A stretch of 64,000 bases of DNA from Trichoplax adhaerens (lineage: Eukaryota; Animalia; Placozoa). The DNA lies in the NCBI RefSeq assembly GCF_000150275.1, contig NW_002060943.1:12843694-12907693 (forward strand). Reading direction: 5' to 3'. Below the pieces are notes generated by a model that was given only the letters and a program-made list of their open reading frames with translations, made no database searches and was not told the origin of the DNA. Shown here piece by piece: positions 25,737-36,748 of the stretch. A program made the translations under genes and the position numbers. How positions within the stretch are numbered: the stretch's first letter is position 1; each line of letters begins with the position of its first letter.

Positions 25737-27479
25737 ATGGCTAGCCAGTCCGAATTAGCGACTTTCCGTAAAGCAATAAAACATATGCATAAAATAGGCA
25801 TGAAACGAGCACAAGAAGGCGATTCTGAAGGAGCATTATATTGCTATAAAGAGGCTGCAGCTCAAATTAAAGCGATTCCTGATAGAGGTAATTATTTTGA
25901 TAAAGTTGAGTACTCTATCTGTCTGGATATAGCGATTCATTATGTACAAGAAGAGGAATTGGAAGAAGTTGATCAATGGCATAGTCAAGCGGAGGAGTTG
26001 GCTACAAAACTGCAAGATCAAACGAAAATATCGATGTGTTTAGATGTTAAGGGAGACATTAAACGATTAAGAGGTGATATCGACGGAGCTTTAAGCGATT
26101 ACAAGAAAGCACTTGAAACAAAATTGACCAAGTTAGGGAGCGAAGACATCATTGTTGGCCTTTCCTATATAAATATTGGCAAGGTTTATGAAATTCAAGG
26201 CAAGTATGATGATGCTTTATCCATGCATAACAAAGCACTACAAACGCAATTAGCAGAATTTGGCGACGATGATCCATGTGTTGCCACATCCTATCACGAC
26301 ATGGGACAAATCCTTTATCATCAAGGCAAGTATGATGATGCTCTGTTGATGTATAAGAAAGCGCTGAAGATTAGGCTAGAAGAATTTGACGACGATGATC
26401 TTGACGTAGCCAAGACATATCACAATATTGGACTGGTCAATAGTAAACAAGGCAAGTATAAGGATGCTCTAGTTATGTATAACAAATCCCTGGAGATTGA
26501 ACTTGCACAACTTGATGAAGATGATGCAAGTGTTGCAACAACTTATCTCAATATTGCAGTGGTCTATCAACATCAAGGCAAGTATGATGATGCTTTATCC
26601 ATAATGAAAAAATCACTGGCGACTCAAGAAGCAAAACTTGGTGGAAATCATCCAAGTAATGCCACTACCTATCTCAATATGGGCCATGTCTTTTACAAGC
26701 AAGGTAAGTATGACGATGCTCTGTTGATGTATCATAAATCGTTGGAGATTGAACAAGCACAACATGGCGAAAATCATTCAAGTGTTGCAACGCCATATCA
26801 CAATATTGGACAAGTCTACAGTAAGCAAGGCAAGTATGATGATGCTCTCTCCATATTGAATAAATCATTGCAGATTCAACTATCACAACTTGGTGAGAAT
26901 CACTTCAGTGTTGCCACACTCTATCACACCATTGGACAAGTCTACTATGAACAAGGCAAATTTAATGATGCCCTATCCATGTATAATAAATCACTGAAGA
27001 TAGAACAACCCCAACTTGGTGATAACCATCCAAGTATTGCCACATTATATAATAGCATTGGGCTTGCCTATATTGATCAAGGTAAGAACGATGATGCTCT
27101 ATCCATGTTGAATAAATCACTAAAGATTGAGCTAGAACAACTTGGTGACAATCATCCAAATATTGCTACAACATATCACAACATGGCAAGTGTCTATGAT
27201 CATCAAGGCAAGTACGATGATGCTCTATCCCTGTATAACAAATCGCTTACCATCCAACTAGCTCAATTGGGTGAAAACCATCCAAGTGTCGCCCGTTCAT
27301 ATCATAAAATTGGACTGACTTATGATCATCAAGGCAAGTATGATGATGCTCTAGCCATGTTAAACAAGGCATTGGCAATCTACATAGCAACACTTGGTGA
27401 GAATCATCCTGATACCGCTACTTGCCAAGAAAATCAAGCTGAAGTTAAGCATCATATCGCATCTTTCACATCAACATAA
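25737..27479 (+). CDS. Intronless tetratricopeptide-repeat protein (42-aa kinesin light chain/nephrocystin-3-type repeats)
   Basis: The ORF has ten QGK(Y/F/N)(D/K/N)DAL repeats at 42-aa spacing with LGENHP-type linkers, plus one divergent preceding repeat. First ATG at 25737. Confidence 0.93.
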   Translation: MASQSELATFRKAIKHMHKIGMKRAQEGDSEGALYCYKEAAAQIKAIPDRGNYFDKVEYSICLDIAIHYVQEEELEEVDQWHSQAEELATKLQDQTKISMCLDVKGDIKRLRGDIDGALSDYKKALETKLTKLGSEDIIVGLSYINIGKVYEIQGKYDDALSMHNKALQTQLAEFGDDDPCVATSYHDMGQILYHQGKYDDALLMYKKALKIRLEEFDDDDLDVAKTYHNIGLVNSKQGKYKDALVMYNKSLEIELAQLDEDDASVATTYLNIAVVYQHQGKYDDALSIMKKSLATQEAKLGGNHPSNATTYLNMGHVFYKQGKYDDALLMYHKSLEIEQAQHGENHSSVATPYHNIGQVYSKQGKYDDALSILNKSLQIQLSQLGENHFSVATLYHTIGQVYYEQGKFNDALSMYNKSLKIEQPQLGDNHPSIATLYNSIGLAYIDQGKNDDALSMLNKSLKIELEQLGDNHPNIATTYHNMASVYDHQGKYDDALSLYNKSLTIQLAQLGENHPSVARSYHKIGLTYDHQGKYDDALAMLNKALAIYIATLGENHPDTATCQENQAEVKHHIASFTST

Positions 27480-27729
27480 GATAGCTTCCAACGGCTGCTT
27501 AGCACAGACCCAAGTTTTCTTGATCATAAAAACTAGAATTTCCTTTAGTATAAATGGAGCTCATAATATGCCTCATATGTAGATCACTAGTAAACCTGCT
27601 GTTCAAATGGAGGGTCAGAAAAATTGATCCATTTCATTATCTCCTCTAGAATCTGTCATGAAGTTAACGATTGCACAAGCAATAGTAACTTATCGGTCAA
27701 GTACCTTACTGTACAGTTTAACTCCTTTC

Positions 27730-28067
27730 ATAACTACCATCCAATTACTGACTGATATTTTTGATCAGCTTTTGCTGTAGTAGAAAGAATACACTACCGT
27801 ATAATATAACTCGTTTTATAACTACCATCCAATTACTGACTGATATTTTTGATCAGCTTTTGCTGTAGTAGGAAGAATACACTACCGTATAATATAACTC
27901 GTTTTATAACTACCATCCAATTACTGACTGATATTTTTGATCAGCTTTTGCTGTAGTAGGAAGAATACACTACCGTATAATATAACTCGTTTTATAACTA
28001 CCATCAAATTACTAACTGATATTTTTGATCAGCTTTTGCTGTAGTAGAAAGAATACATTACAGCGTA
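27730..28067. repeat. Near-perfect 88-bp tandem repeat x ~3.8
   Basis: 'taactaccatc' occurs at 27731, 27819, 27907 and 27995. Confidence 0.95.
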
Positions 28068-28194
28068 ATATTGATGACATCTAGTCCGTAAATAACCTGT
28101 GAGATGAATACTTTTATTTCATTACAAATATAGATAGTTGAATAATTAATCTCGCCATACTTTCCAAATACTCCTTAATAAAATGTATGTCAAC

Positions 28195-28815
28195 ACTAAC
28201 TTCCTGTTCCCTAATTGTTTGGGTTTAGACATTTCGAATGTAGAAGGAAGAATAAAAATTGAATTTCTGACTAGTCTATTGCGTGCATCTGTTATATCCG
28301 TATATCAAGAATAAAATTTCCCTGATCCCCATCTACTTGGATTTAGACATTTCGAATCCAGAATCTGTATGGAATTAGACATTTTGAATTCATAAGGAAG
28401 AGAGTAGTCATTTCATTCTCCATTAATCCATTGAGTGCATGTGTTATATCTACGAATAAATAATAGCTTTCCTGTTGCCTACTACATGGAATTAGACATT
28501 TTGAATCCATAAGGAAGAGAGTAGTCATTTCATTCTCCATTAATAAATTGAGTGCATGTGTTATATCTACGAATAAATAATAGCTTTCCTGTTGCCTACT
28601 ACATGGAATTAGACATTTTGAATCCATAAGGAAGAGAGTAGTCATTTCATTCTCCATTAATCCATTGAGTGCATCTGTAATATCTACGTATAGATAATAG
28701 CTTTCCTGTTGCTGATTAAGTCAGTTTGGTGAAGATATTTTCAATCCGTAAAAAGGAAGAATCATCATTTTTATTTTCGACTACATGTAGTCCATTTAGT
28801 GCTTCTGCTATACCT
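28195..28815. repeat. 117-bp tandem repeat: 3 near-identical central copies with degenerate flanking copies
   Basis: 'ggaattagacattttgaat' occurs at 28371, 28488 and 28605, with diverged units at ~28222 and ~28730. Confidence 0.92.
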
Positions 28816-29548
28816 ATCGTTATTTACCCTGACTACAAGTATGAATCCATTGGAAATTGGTCATGCTATGCCGTTAATACGTATGTCATCGAAAATTAAT
28901 GATAATTAGGTGAAAACAATACTAATCTCGCTAGCTCATTGCATTAAGTAGTTAGAATAACCTCAATTCATTTTGCTATAAATATAAGCCACATTAGCAC
29001 AAGACAATAACATGCAATAGCTATCATTTATTTGACATTTTCAACTATTTCCTTTCAGAAAAGGAAAACTGTATATCATGCTTTCAATAATTATTGCAGT
29101 CATAAACACAAACGCCATCCTTGTTCGTTAAGTAGAAGAACCTATTCAATAATTGCCAACTGTTGCGCAGTTAAGGTAACGCAAATCAATTAACCGACGA
29201 TGACCTCAATAAATGCTTAGTTTTAACGCCAAACACTTTCAATGCATTATCATCACTGCTGATATACGCATATTGTAGAGCAAGCTGGATAGTACTTCAA
29301 GAATAAACTATTAAATGATACTGTTTACGGATAGAGTATCTACAGATTATGCAAACGCTATTACGTAATACAAGTATTTGCTATCCTACGATCAAGACCT
29401 GATTGCATTTAGCTGAAGCAAAACTTCATTACTTCTATCACTGTATAACTATCTATGGATGAGAAATTGCTAGAATAAAAATACAAGTTTAGACCCTACT
29501 TTTAAGCCACCTACTAAGGAGAGAGCTTGATGCAAAGTTGCCTTTCTT

Positions 29549-30520
29549 TTAATCACGCTTTTTCGACAACCCTGTCAACTCTTCACTCAGGTGCCACAAC
29601 CTTTTAGCAACATCATCGTCATAAGCCTGTTTTGCACACGTTTTTTCTCGACAATCGCTGAAATATTTACCACTAACTCCTTCTAATGATTCATCTACAG
29701 CGCAAAAGATGGAGGTTTGTGCTCCTTGCTTGGGTGTTTTAAATCCAAGCCAAATCAAGGGTGTAATTAGAGAATTGAGGAAGCTAAATTTACGAACACT
29801 AAAGTGACGCTGGAGTTCCGTATCGACAGCTCCAGGATGTAAGCTATTGGCAGTGACTGCAGTTCCTTGTAATCGTTTGGCTAATTCACGCGTAAACAAG
29901 ACGTTGGCTAATTTACTTTGAGAATAAGCAGCTACAGAACCATACCCTTTCTCACTATTGATATCATCAAAATTGATCTTTCCCATCGTATGAGCCAACG
30001 ATGATACATTGATAATCCTACTGGGTGCACAAGTTTTCAATTTATCCAGCAATAAATTGGTCAATAAAAAGTGGCCAAAATGATTGGTTCCTATCTGCAT
30101 TTCAAATCCATCTTGTGTTTTGGAGTATGGACACATCATAATACCAGCGTTATTTAATAAAATATCCACTCGATCTTCTTTCTCATTGACATAGTCGGCA
30201 AAGTCTCGTACCGACTGCAAAGATGCTAAATCGAGTGGGCAAAAGATAACCTCACTATTGCCACTTTGCTGTATAATATCTTCCACTGCTTCTTTACCTT
30301 TGCTTTCACTACGACATGCTAAAATAACGCGAGCACCACGTTGAGCTAAATCGATGGCAGTCGCTTTGCCAATGCCAGTATTGCCTCCAGTAATGATGAC
30401 GGTCTTATGATGGAGTTTAGCTTTACTATGGCATGAACCTCCTTGATTATAAGAACGTAAAATCAACAGAGCGATGCCAGCGACGCCGACAACAGCAGCA
30501 ATTTCAGGTGTAGAAATCAT
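29549..30520 (-). CDS. Intronless retinol dehydrogenase 11/12/13-like SDR
   Basis: 323 aa with N-terminal TM, TGGNTGIG, LDLASL, NNAG, GTNHFGHF, NVSS, YSQSK and SLHPGAVDT. Confidence 0.95.
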   Translation of the reverse strand: MISTPEIAAVVGVAGIALLILRSYNQGGSCHSKAKLHHKTVIITGGNTGIGKATAIDLAQRGARVILACRSESKGKEAVEDIIQQSGNSEVIFCPLDLASLQSVRDFADYVNEKEDRVDILLNNAGIMMCPYSKTQDGFEMQIGTNHFGHFLLTNLLLDKLKTCAPSRIINVSSLAHTMGKINFDDINSEKGYGSVAAYSQSKLANVLFTRELAKRLQGTAVTANSLHPGAVDTELQRHFSVRKFSFLNSLITPLIWLGFKTPKQGAQTSIFCAVDESLEGVSGKYFSDCREKTCAKQAYDDDVAKRLWHLSEELTGLSKKRD

Positions 30521-31232
30521 GGTAGATCATCCAATAGCACACTTATCAACTAAGATATTATAGCCCAACACTAGACCAACAAGATGAAGAATAACGAGGA
30601 AAAAGTGCAACGTTGTGGAGGTTTTACTTCCTCTTCTACGTTGATGATCGATGAATATAATTTGTTTAATGGCGGCGAGAAAGCTTAAGCAGTACCGGCC
30701 GGTATATAACCTTACTGTCAATCGCCGGACATCTCCATCATTTGCTTCCTTCCTGCCGTCCGTCTCTTTCGCTGAGTCATCAAGAGTTGTACAGTACAAT
30801 ACTGTAGACCGAGTACTGTACGGTAGCATCATGGACGACTGGAATAGCGGACTTCAACGGCCGAGCTTGGAGCGAGAAAGAGGAAAATAGTACCTAGACC
30901 TAACCAAGGACTTGTAAGAGGAATCAATTTTCCTCTTAAACCAATCGCTGGCCTAACCATAACCGAATAAAGTAGCAATTTCCTTTAGCATGTCCTGGCC
31001 TAACCGAAATCCCTGGATTGAGGTGAGATTGTACTGTAATTCTCTGTACCGTAGGCCGTACGAACGGTACTGTAGCCATCGGATGAACGGACGAAGGACA
31101 TACGGACGGCAGCCTACTTGGGCAAATCAGGTCTTGTTGGGCCAGACTTTCATGTCTACTTCTTCATTCCATGGCTGACAATTCATGATTGGTTTCTTGC
31201 CTTAAGCTACTTTCCTTCATCGTAGAACAATC
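30521..31232. promoter_or_regulatory. Putative bidirectional promoter RDH/PLD3
   Basis: ~710-bp GC-richer spacer between divergent ATGs with clustered TACTGTA/TACAGTA-type motifs. Confidence 0.45.
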
Positions 31233-34200
31233 ATGCATAAGGATGATAAGGTAGGCAGGTTGCCTGTTGTATTGCTGTTGATTGTAGAGATGGGCATATA
31301 AAATGAGGTGTTTGAAGGATGCATTGATGGATCCATCAATCAATCATGGCCTAACATGCAATGCATTTTGATTGCATAGATTCGCTACTATCCTATCCAT
31401 ACTGTCACTGGTGTGAATAGTAAAGAAACTCTGGCGACATCCAATAATCTTCGTGTTTGCATTAAAGTTATCCTGGTTATTTCTGCCATTGCCATGGCTC
31501 TAATCTTATGTTACCATCGCCCATATGATATTTCCACCCAACATCCGCCCAAGCAATCGCAACGAGATGATGACCAAAACAACATCAATCTCTCTCAAGA
31601 TCATTGTCAGTAAGTACTAATATTGATCATCATGTCCTTCCTTGTTGCTGTATTAAGAGCATTAATGGGATGCCTAAATGACGCACGGATGTTCTAGTAA
31701 AGTACATGTTGAATGATTATAATGGACTCAAAAACTAAAGTACCTGCAGATATGATCTAATAAAATAACGATAAAGACTAGACTAGTCAGTCGCTGGAGT
31801 GCCCACCATTAGATTTATTTAATCTGGCTAGAAAAGAGTTATATCAACACTTGTCTCCCGTAGCGCTACGAACGATAATTATTAACTGAAGGTCTCAATC
31901 GTCAATTACCATGTACTTGTTAATATTCTAGTCTACTCGCATTTATTATGTGAATAATAGCAATAATAATATTCGACTCAAGGAGTAAAATTTCTGCAGA
32001 CTGTTTAAATAAAATAAGATAAGGATAAGACTAATTCCATCACTAGAGTGCTGACGATTTAATGTAACCTCACTAAAGAAAGAGTAAGACGTATTAGCAG
32101 CCATCTTCCTTGATTGCTACAAGCTTTAACTGAATGCCTACGTGCCCAATGATTAATTGTTCGTTAATGTTCTAGTAAATATCGTTCCTGTTGAATAATA
32201 ATTACAATATCATCGACTCATAAACTAAATAAAAATACCTGCAGATTGATTGAATTAGTTAACATAAGGACAAAACGAGTCAATTACTAGAGTACCAACG
32301 ATTTAATTTAGTCTTTTAAAATAATAGTACTATCAACGCTCGTCTCCTTTGGCAATGTTTAATACCTACATGCTCAATGACCATTTGCTTGCAAATGATC
32401 ATAGTGACTACTTCTTGAATGATTATAGTCGACCCAGAAACTAAAGTACATACTGTGCAGTGCAGAATGATCAATGAAGACAAAGGCTAGAGTGTTGACG
32501 ATTACATGTAGTCTCACTAGATAATAGCAACACTCATCTGCCGATGATTTGATTTAGTCGCCCTGAAAAGTAACAATGTTAACACCCATCTCTCTTGACT
32601 ACTACGAACGTTAACTAAAAGCTTATGCTCAATGATCCTTTACGCATTAGTATTCTAGTACAGTACGTACAGCGTATCTTAAATGATAATATAATCGACT
32701 CCAAAACTAAATAATTATACCTGTAAATGAGTGATCAAATAAAATGAGAACGAGAGTACCGACGATTTGATGCATAACATAATCTCGCTAGAAAATAGGA
32801 ATAGGAACACTTATCTCGCGTGGTTGTTACGACCGTTTAGCGAATGCCTCAATGCTTATGGGATCATTGGCTTTCAAAACTAAAATACCTGCAGAATGGT
32901 TAAAGAAGATACGGATAGAGTGCCAACGATTCGATTTAGTCTTGCTAAAAAAATACTAATACAGTATCAACACTCATCTACCTTGGCTGATATTCCAATT
33001 TAAAGCACTTTCGCGCATTCATCGACCATTTGTACATCCTATCTAATTATAATTATTTTACTTATCCATTCTCTGTTTCTTTCAAGAGCTGAACTGGTGG
33101 AAAGTGTACCTCAAAATTTAACTTACCCGGCCAAAGCAATTCATTTAAACAGCACTTATCAAGCTTGGATGAAACTCATCAAGTCTGCTCAGCACACCAT
33201 CGATATTGCCTCCTTTTACTGGACGCTGCAAGGTTCTGACACCAGCTTTCATGATAATTCAGCAAATGAGGTAAATTTACAATACTTAATATTTAAAATT
33301 TCAATCGCAAATAAAAAACAACTTTTGTATCACATATTACGAATCTGTTACTCAATATGGACTTCCTTTATTTAATCACTTTGTATGCTTCTTTAAATGG
33401 ACAACAATCATAGGAATGCTATATTCACTTACATTCGTATAACCTGCATACTAGCATAAATCGACGTACGTTATACCGTATACCGTACTTGAGATAAAAA
33501 ATGAATGTTTTCTATCCAAGCAATTCTTCTCAGACTATCCTACCTAACAATGAATTAATTAATTAATTATTGAATCGATGAATTCGACTTTGACTGTTAA
33601 TCGATTCTATTTTCTTAATTTTACAATGTTAAATATAAAAAGGGCCAATCAATATTTCATCAATTACTAAATGCTGGTACAAAGAGAAATATATCTATAC
33701 GCATTGTCCAGAATGAGCCAAGCAAAAGAATGAAGGATGTCGATACCCAGGAATTAATGAATAAGCATGCAGCTCAAGTACGAAGTATAAATTTTACGCG
33801 ATTATTACGTGCCGGAATATTGCATACCAAATTCATGTTAGTTGATAATCGCCATTTCTTAGTTGGAAGTGCCAATTTTGATTGGAGAGCCCTAACTCAA
33901 GTAAGTAGTAGAAGCGCCTCTGACCATTTATCATAGACTACACTAGATTTGTTTAAGATCATATAAAAGAATAAATAAAGAAAAAGAGGGATATCAACTA
34001 ACAAACAACACTAAAGGATAACTTGTATATACAAACTGTTATGTCTTAATTTATTTAGCACTTTATCACTGTTCATATAGAATATCCTTTAAGATTGATG
34101 AGTCTACAAGTAGCAGAATAGTATGAGATTAAAAATACGTGTATAATTTTTGTTCTTTATTTTAAAGTAACTCATATCATGATTTTATTATTATCATTTC

Positions 34201-36124
34201 ATGAAATCTGTGCAATGGTCGTAGATACATGAGGTGGGTATTATGATGTCTAATTGCAAAACCCTGGCTACGGATCTGCAAAAAATTTTCCAGATTTATT
34301 GGAAATTAAGCGAGCCTAATTCGGTTATTCCATCTTCTTGGAGTCCCAATTATGATACTAAAATCAATGTTAATCATCCTCTGAATGTCCGCTTGAACAA
34401 AGACAATTATCAAGTGTACTTATCGGTAGGGAATTGTACAATGGAGTCATATTCTACATTTCTATGTTCATCAAATAGATTTATGGCATTTGTAACATTG
34501 TATCTTGAATAGAATTATTCAATACTTGCATGCTATTCATGCAGATTTAGATTATATCTATTAAGTTACATAACGTAGTTAAATAATTCAAAACTTTCAT
34601 TCTTTACACTTTGTCTTAACACGGTAGTCATCTCCACCTCAATTTTGCCCTCATGGAAGAACTACCGATATTGACTCAATTCTAGCAACTATAAAGTCTG
34701 CTAAGAAGAGCGTTTCTATTGCTGTTATGGACTATTCACCGACAACATTGTATGCACATCCAAACAAGTATGTTGTCACTAATTATTATTGTTAAACTAT
34801 ATACCTTTAAAATGATGATGTATACGCTATTACTTAGTCTAAAGTTCTTAGCCAGTTTCTGCTTATGAACCGTGATATCTCAGTTAGCGAAACGATAGGG
34901 TGTCAAGCTGGTAGCTCTTTTTAACTTAGATATTTAAATGATATGTAATATCTTAGATTTTATTCTCATTAAATGATTTCTCAGCAATTGCTTACTTCAA
35001 AGGCCGCAACTAATCTGCAAATTGATTCTAATACTGATAACAACCATTTTATATCTGCACATGTGCCTAATTAGCAATAACTTAAGATTTTATTTCCTTA
35101 GAATGATGTTTACGCTATCGTTCAGTTCAGATACGTTACTAGTTTCATGTTAATACTAATCTTCATTAACAACGTCTCTACATGAGCAAGGTACTGGCCA
35201 GTAATTGATGACGCTCTCCGAGATGCCATGTTTAACAGAGGTGTCAACGTCAAAGTAATGGGTAGCTACTGGAATCACACCAGATCAAATATGATACGAT
35301 TTCTTAAGTCGCTGGCTAGCATAGACGGTACTTCCAAAGGATCAATGCAAGTTGTAAGTTGACTGACTATACTTATTGACATATTTCACCGTATTTCTGG
35401 TGCCATTTTCTGTTATGGCTATAATGAATGTACAGTACAAATACTCTCAAAGGCACAATTATCAAATACTTTAAATTTTTTACACAAGAAACTGCGCATG
35501 CTGCAGTTTAATATTTATTCGAGTGATGTGATACATTTTTGATTGTTTCAAATTGTAAAATTTCCATGCTGTATACCAAGTGTAATTGGTATTTGTTATA
35601 TCCATATAAAAATTTAATTCTCATGCTGGGAATGAAAGTATTTACTTGTAATTTGTGCAATACATATTATTTTTCTTGGATCTACCTAGCATTTTATTGA
35701 CTTCAATTATATAACTATCGGTAATAGAAATTATATAGAGTTCCTGTCTACACTGAAGATCAAAGAAAAATACCTTTCGCTCGTGTTAATCATAACAAGT
35801 ACATGGTGACTGATTCAGTTGCTTACATAGGTAACCTAATTTGGATCACTTGATTAATAATATATGTATTGCAGTACCCGCATTGACTAATGTTCGATGT
35901 ATATTATATACTGATTAGCAACATATTGGTGTGTTAATATTTTAGGTACGTCAAATTGGTCGGGTGATTATTTTATTAATACCGGCGGCGTAGGCGTGAT
36001 AATTAAACCACAGTCGGACCATTCCAAGAAATCGATACGTGATCAACTGCAAGATGTCTTTGATCGTGATTGGTCATCAGAACATGCTGTTGATATCTTT
36101 AAATTTAAATCTGATTTCGTTTGA
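31233..36124 (+). CDS. PLD3: Phospholipase D3/4 family lysosomal 5'-3' exonuclease (9 exons)
   Basis: Exons ~31233-31250, 31380-31609, 33087-33270, 33643-33900, 34225-34425, 34628-34767, 35191-35353, 35728-35830 and 35946-36124. Type [63 protein letters not shown] and FDRDW. Confidence 0.93.
31670..33030. repeat. Degenerate ~230-250 bp tandem repeat (~6 units) filling PLD3 intron 2
   Basis: 'ttctagt..gaat.at.at..cgactca..aactaaa..acctgcaga...ctagagtgc..acgattta' recurs at ~31690, 31925, 32170, 32400, 32650 and 32875. Confidence 0.75.
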
Positions 36125-36748
36125 GAGTACAGGTTAAATACCTTTTATAGCTGTTATACGTAGAATAATAGTACATAATCAATCATTAACATTGCAAGAA
36201 TGAAACATTATCAACGTTCAGTCTTCAATGCCCTCATCAATCCAAAATTTATTTTTTAATTGTACCATCTTTATCGATTATAACGTACCACATTATCATC
36301 ATATACATATATATATATATGTTTAAATCGGAAAGTAGCTACTATTTACAAAATTATCTTTTTTAGATATATCCTTTATAATTCCTGATATAATTATCAT
36401 GATAGTACAAGAGACCGTCATGACATAAAGTAATTGCCATGATCAGCAGTTCTATTTACAAAGTTTGACTAATTTTTATCCATTAACAAACTTTGATTTG
36501 TTGCTTCTTTGTCACCATACAAACTATCTTATCAGTAACATTATTTTCATTGTTAAACGGCCTAAAAAGTTGTTGTAAGTCACCGTTTATGGAATCAAAT
36601 AAAGAATAGAAAATGAAATAAATCGTAAATTGTTGGTGAACGGACGCAGCCGAATGTATGTCGTATTTATTCTCAATATGTTGTCATAAAAATTTTCTAC
36701 TTTATTTTCTATTGCACTGAAGCCGTCGAATATCATACTTTCAACTTG

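Noticed and set aside
25836-27582. Small ORFs overlapping the TPR gene
   Set aside because: Antisense or alternate-frame shadows of repeat coding sequence.
28343-28657. 104-aa repeat ORF (MENEMTTLF...)
   Set aside because: By-product of a 117-bp (3n) minisatellite. Flanking degenerate units break the frame.
27730-28710. CRISPR-like appearance of regular repeats
   Set aside because: Units are contiguous and identical with no unique spacers, there are no cas genes, and the context is eukaryotic.
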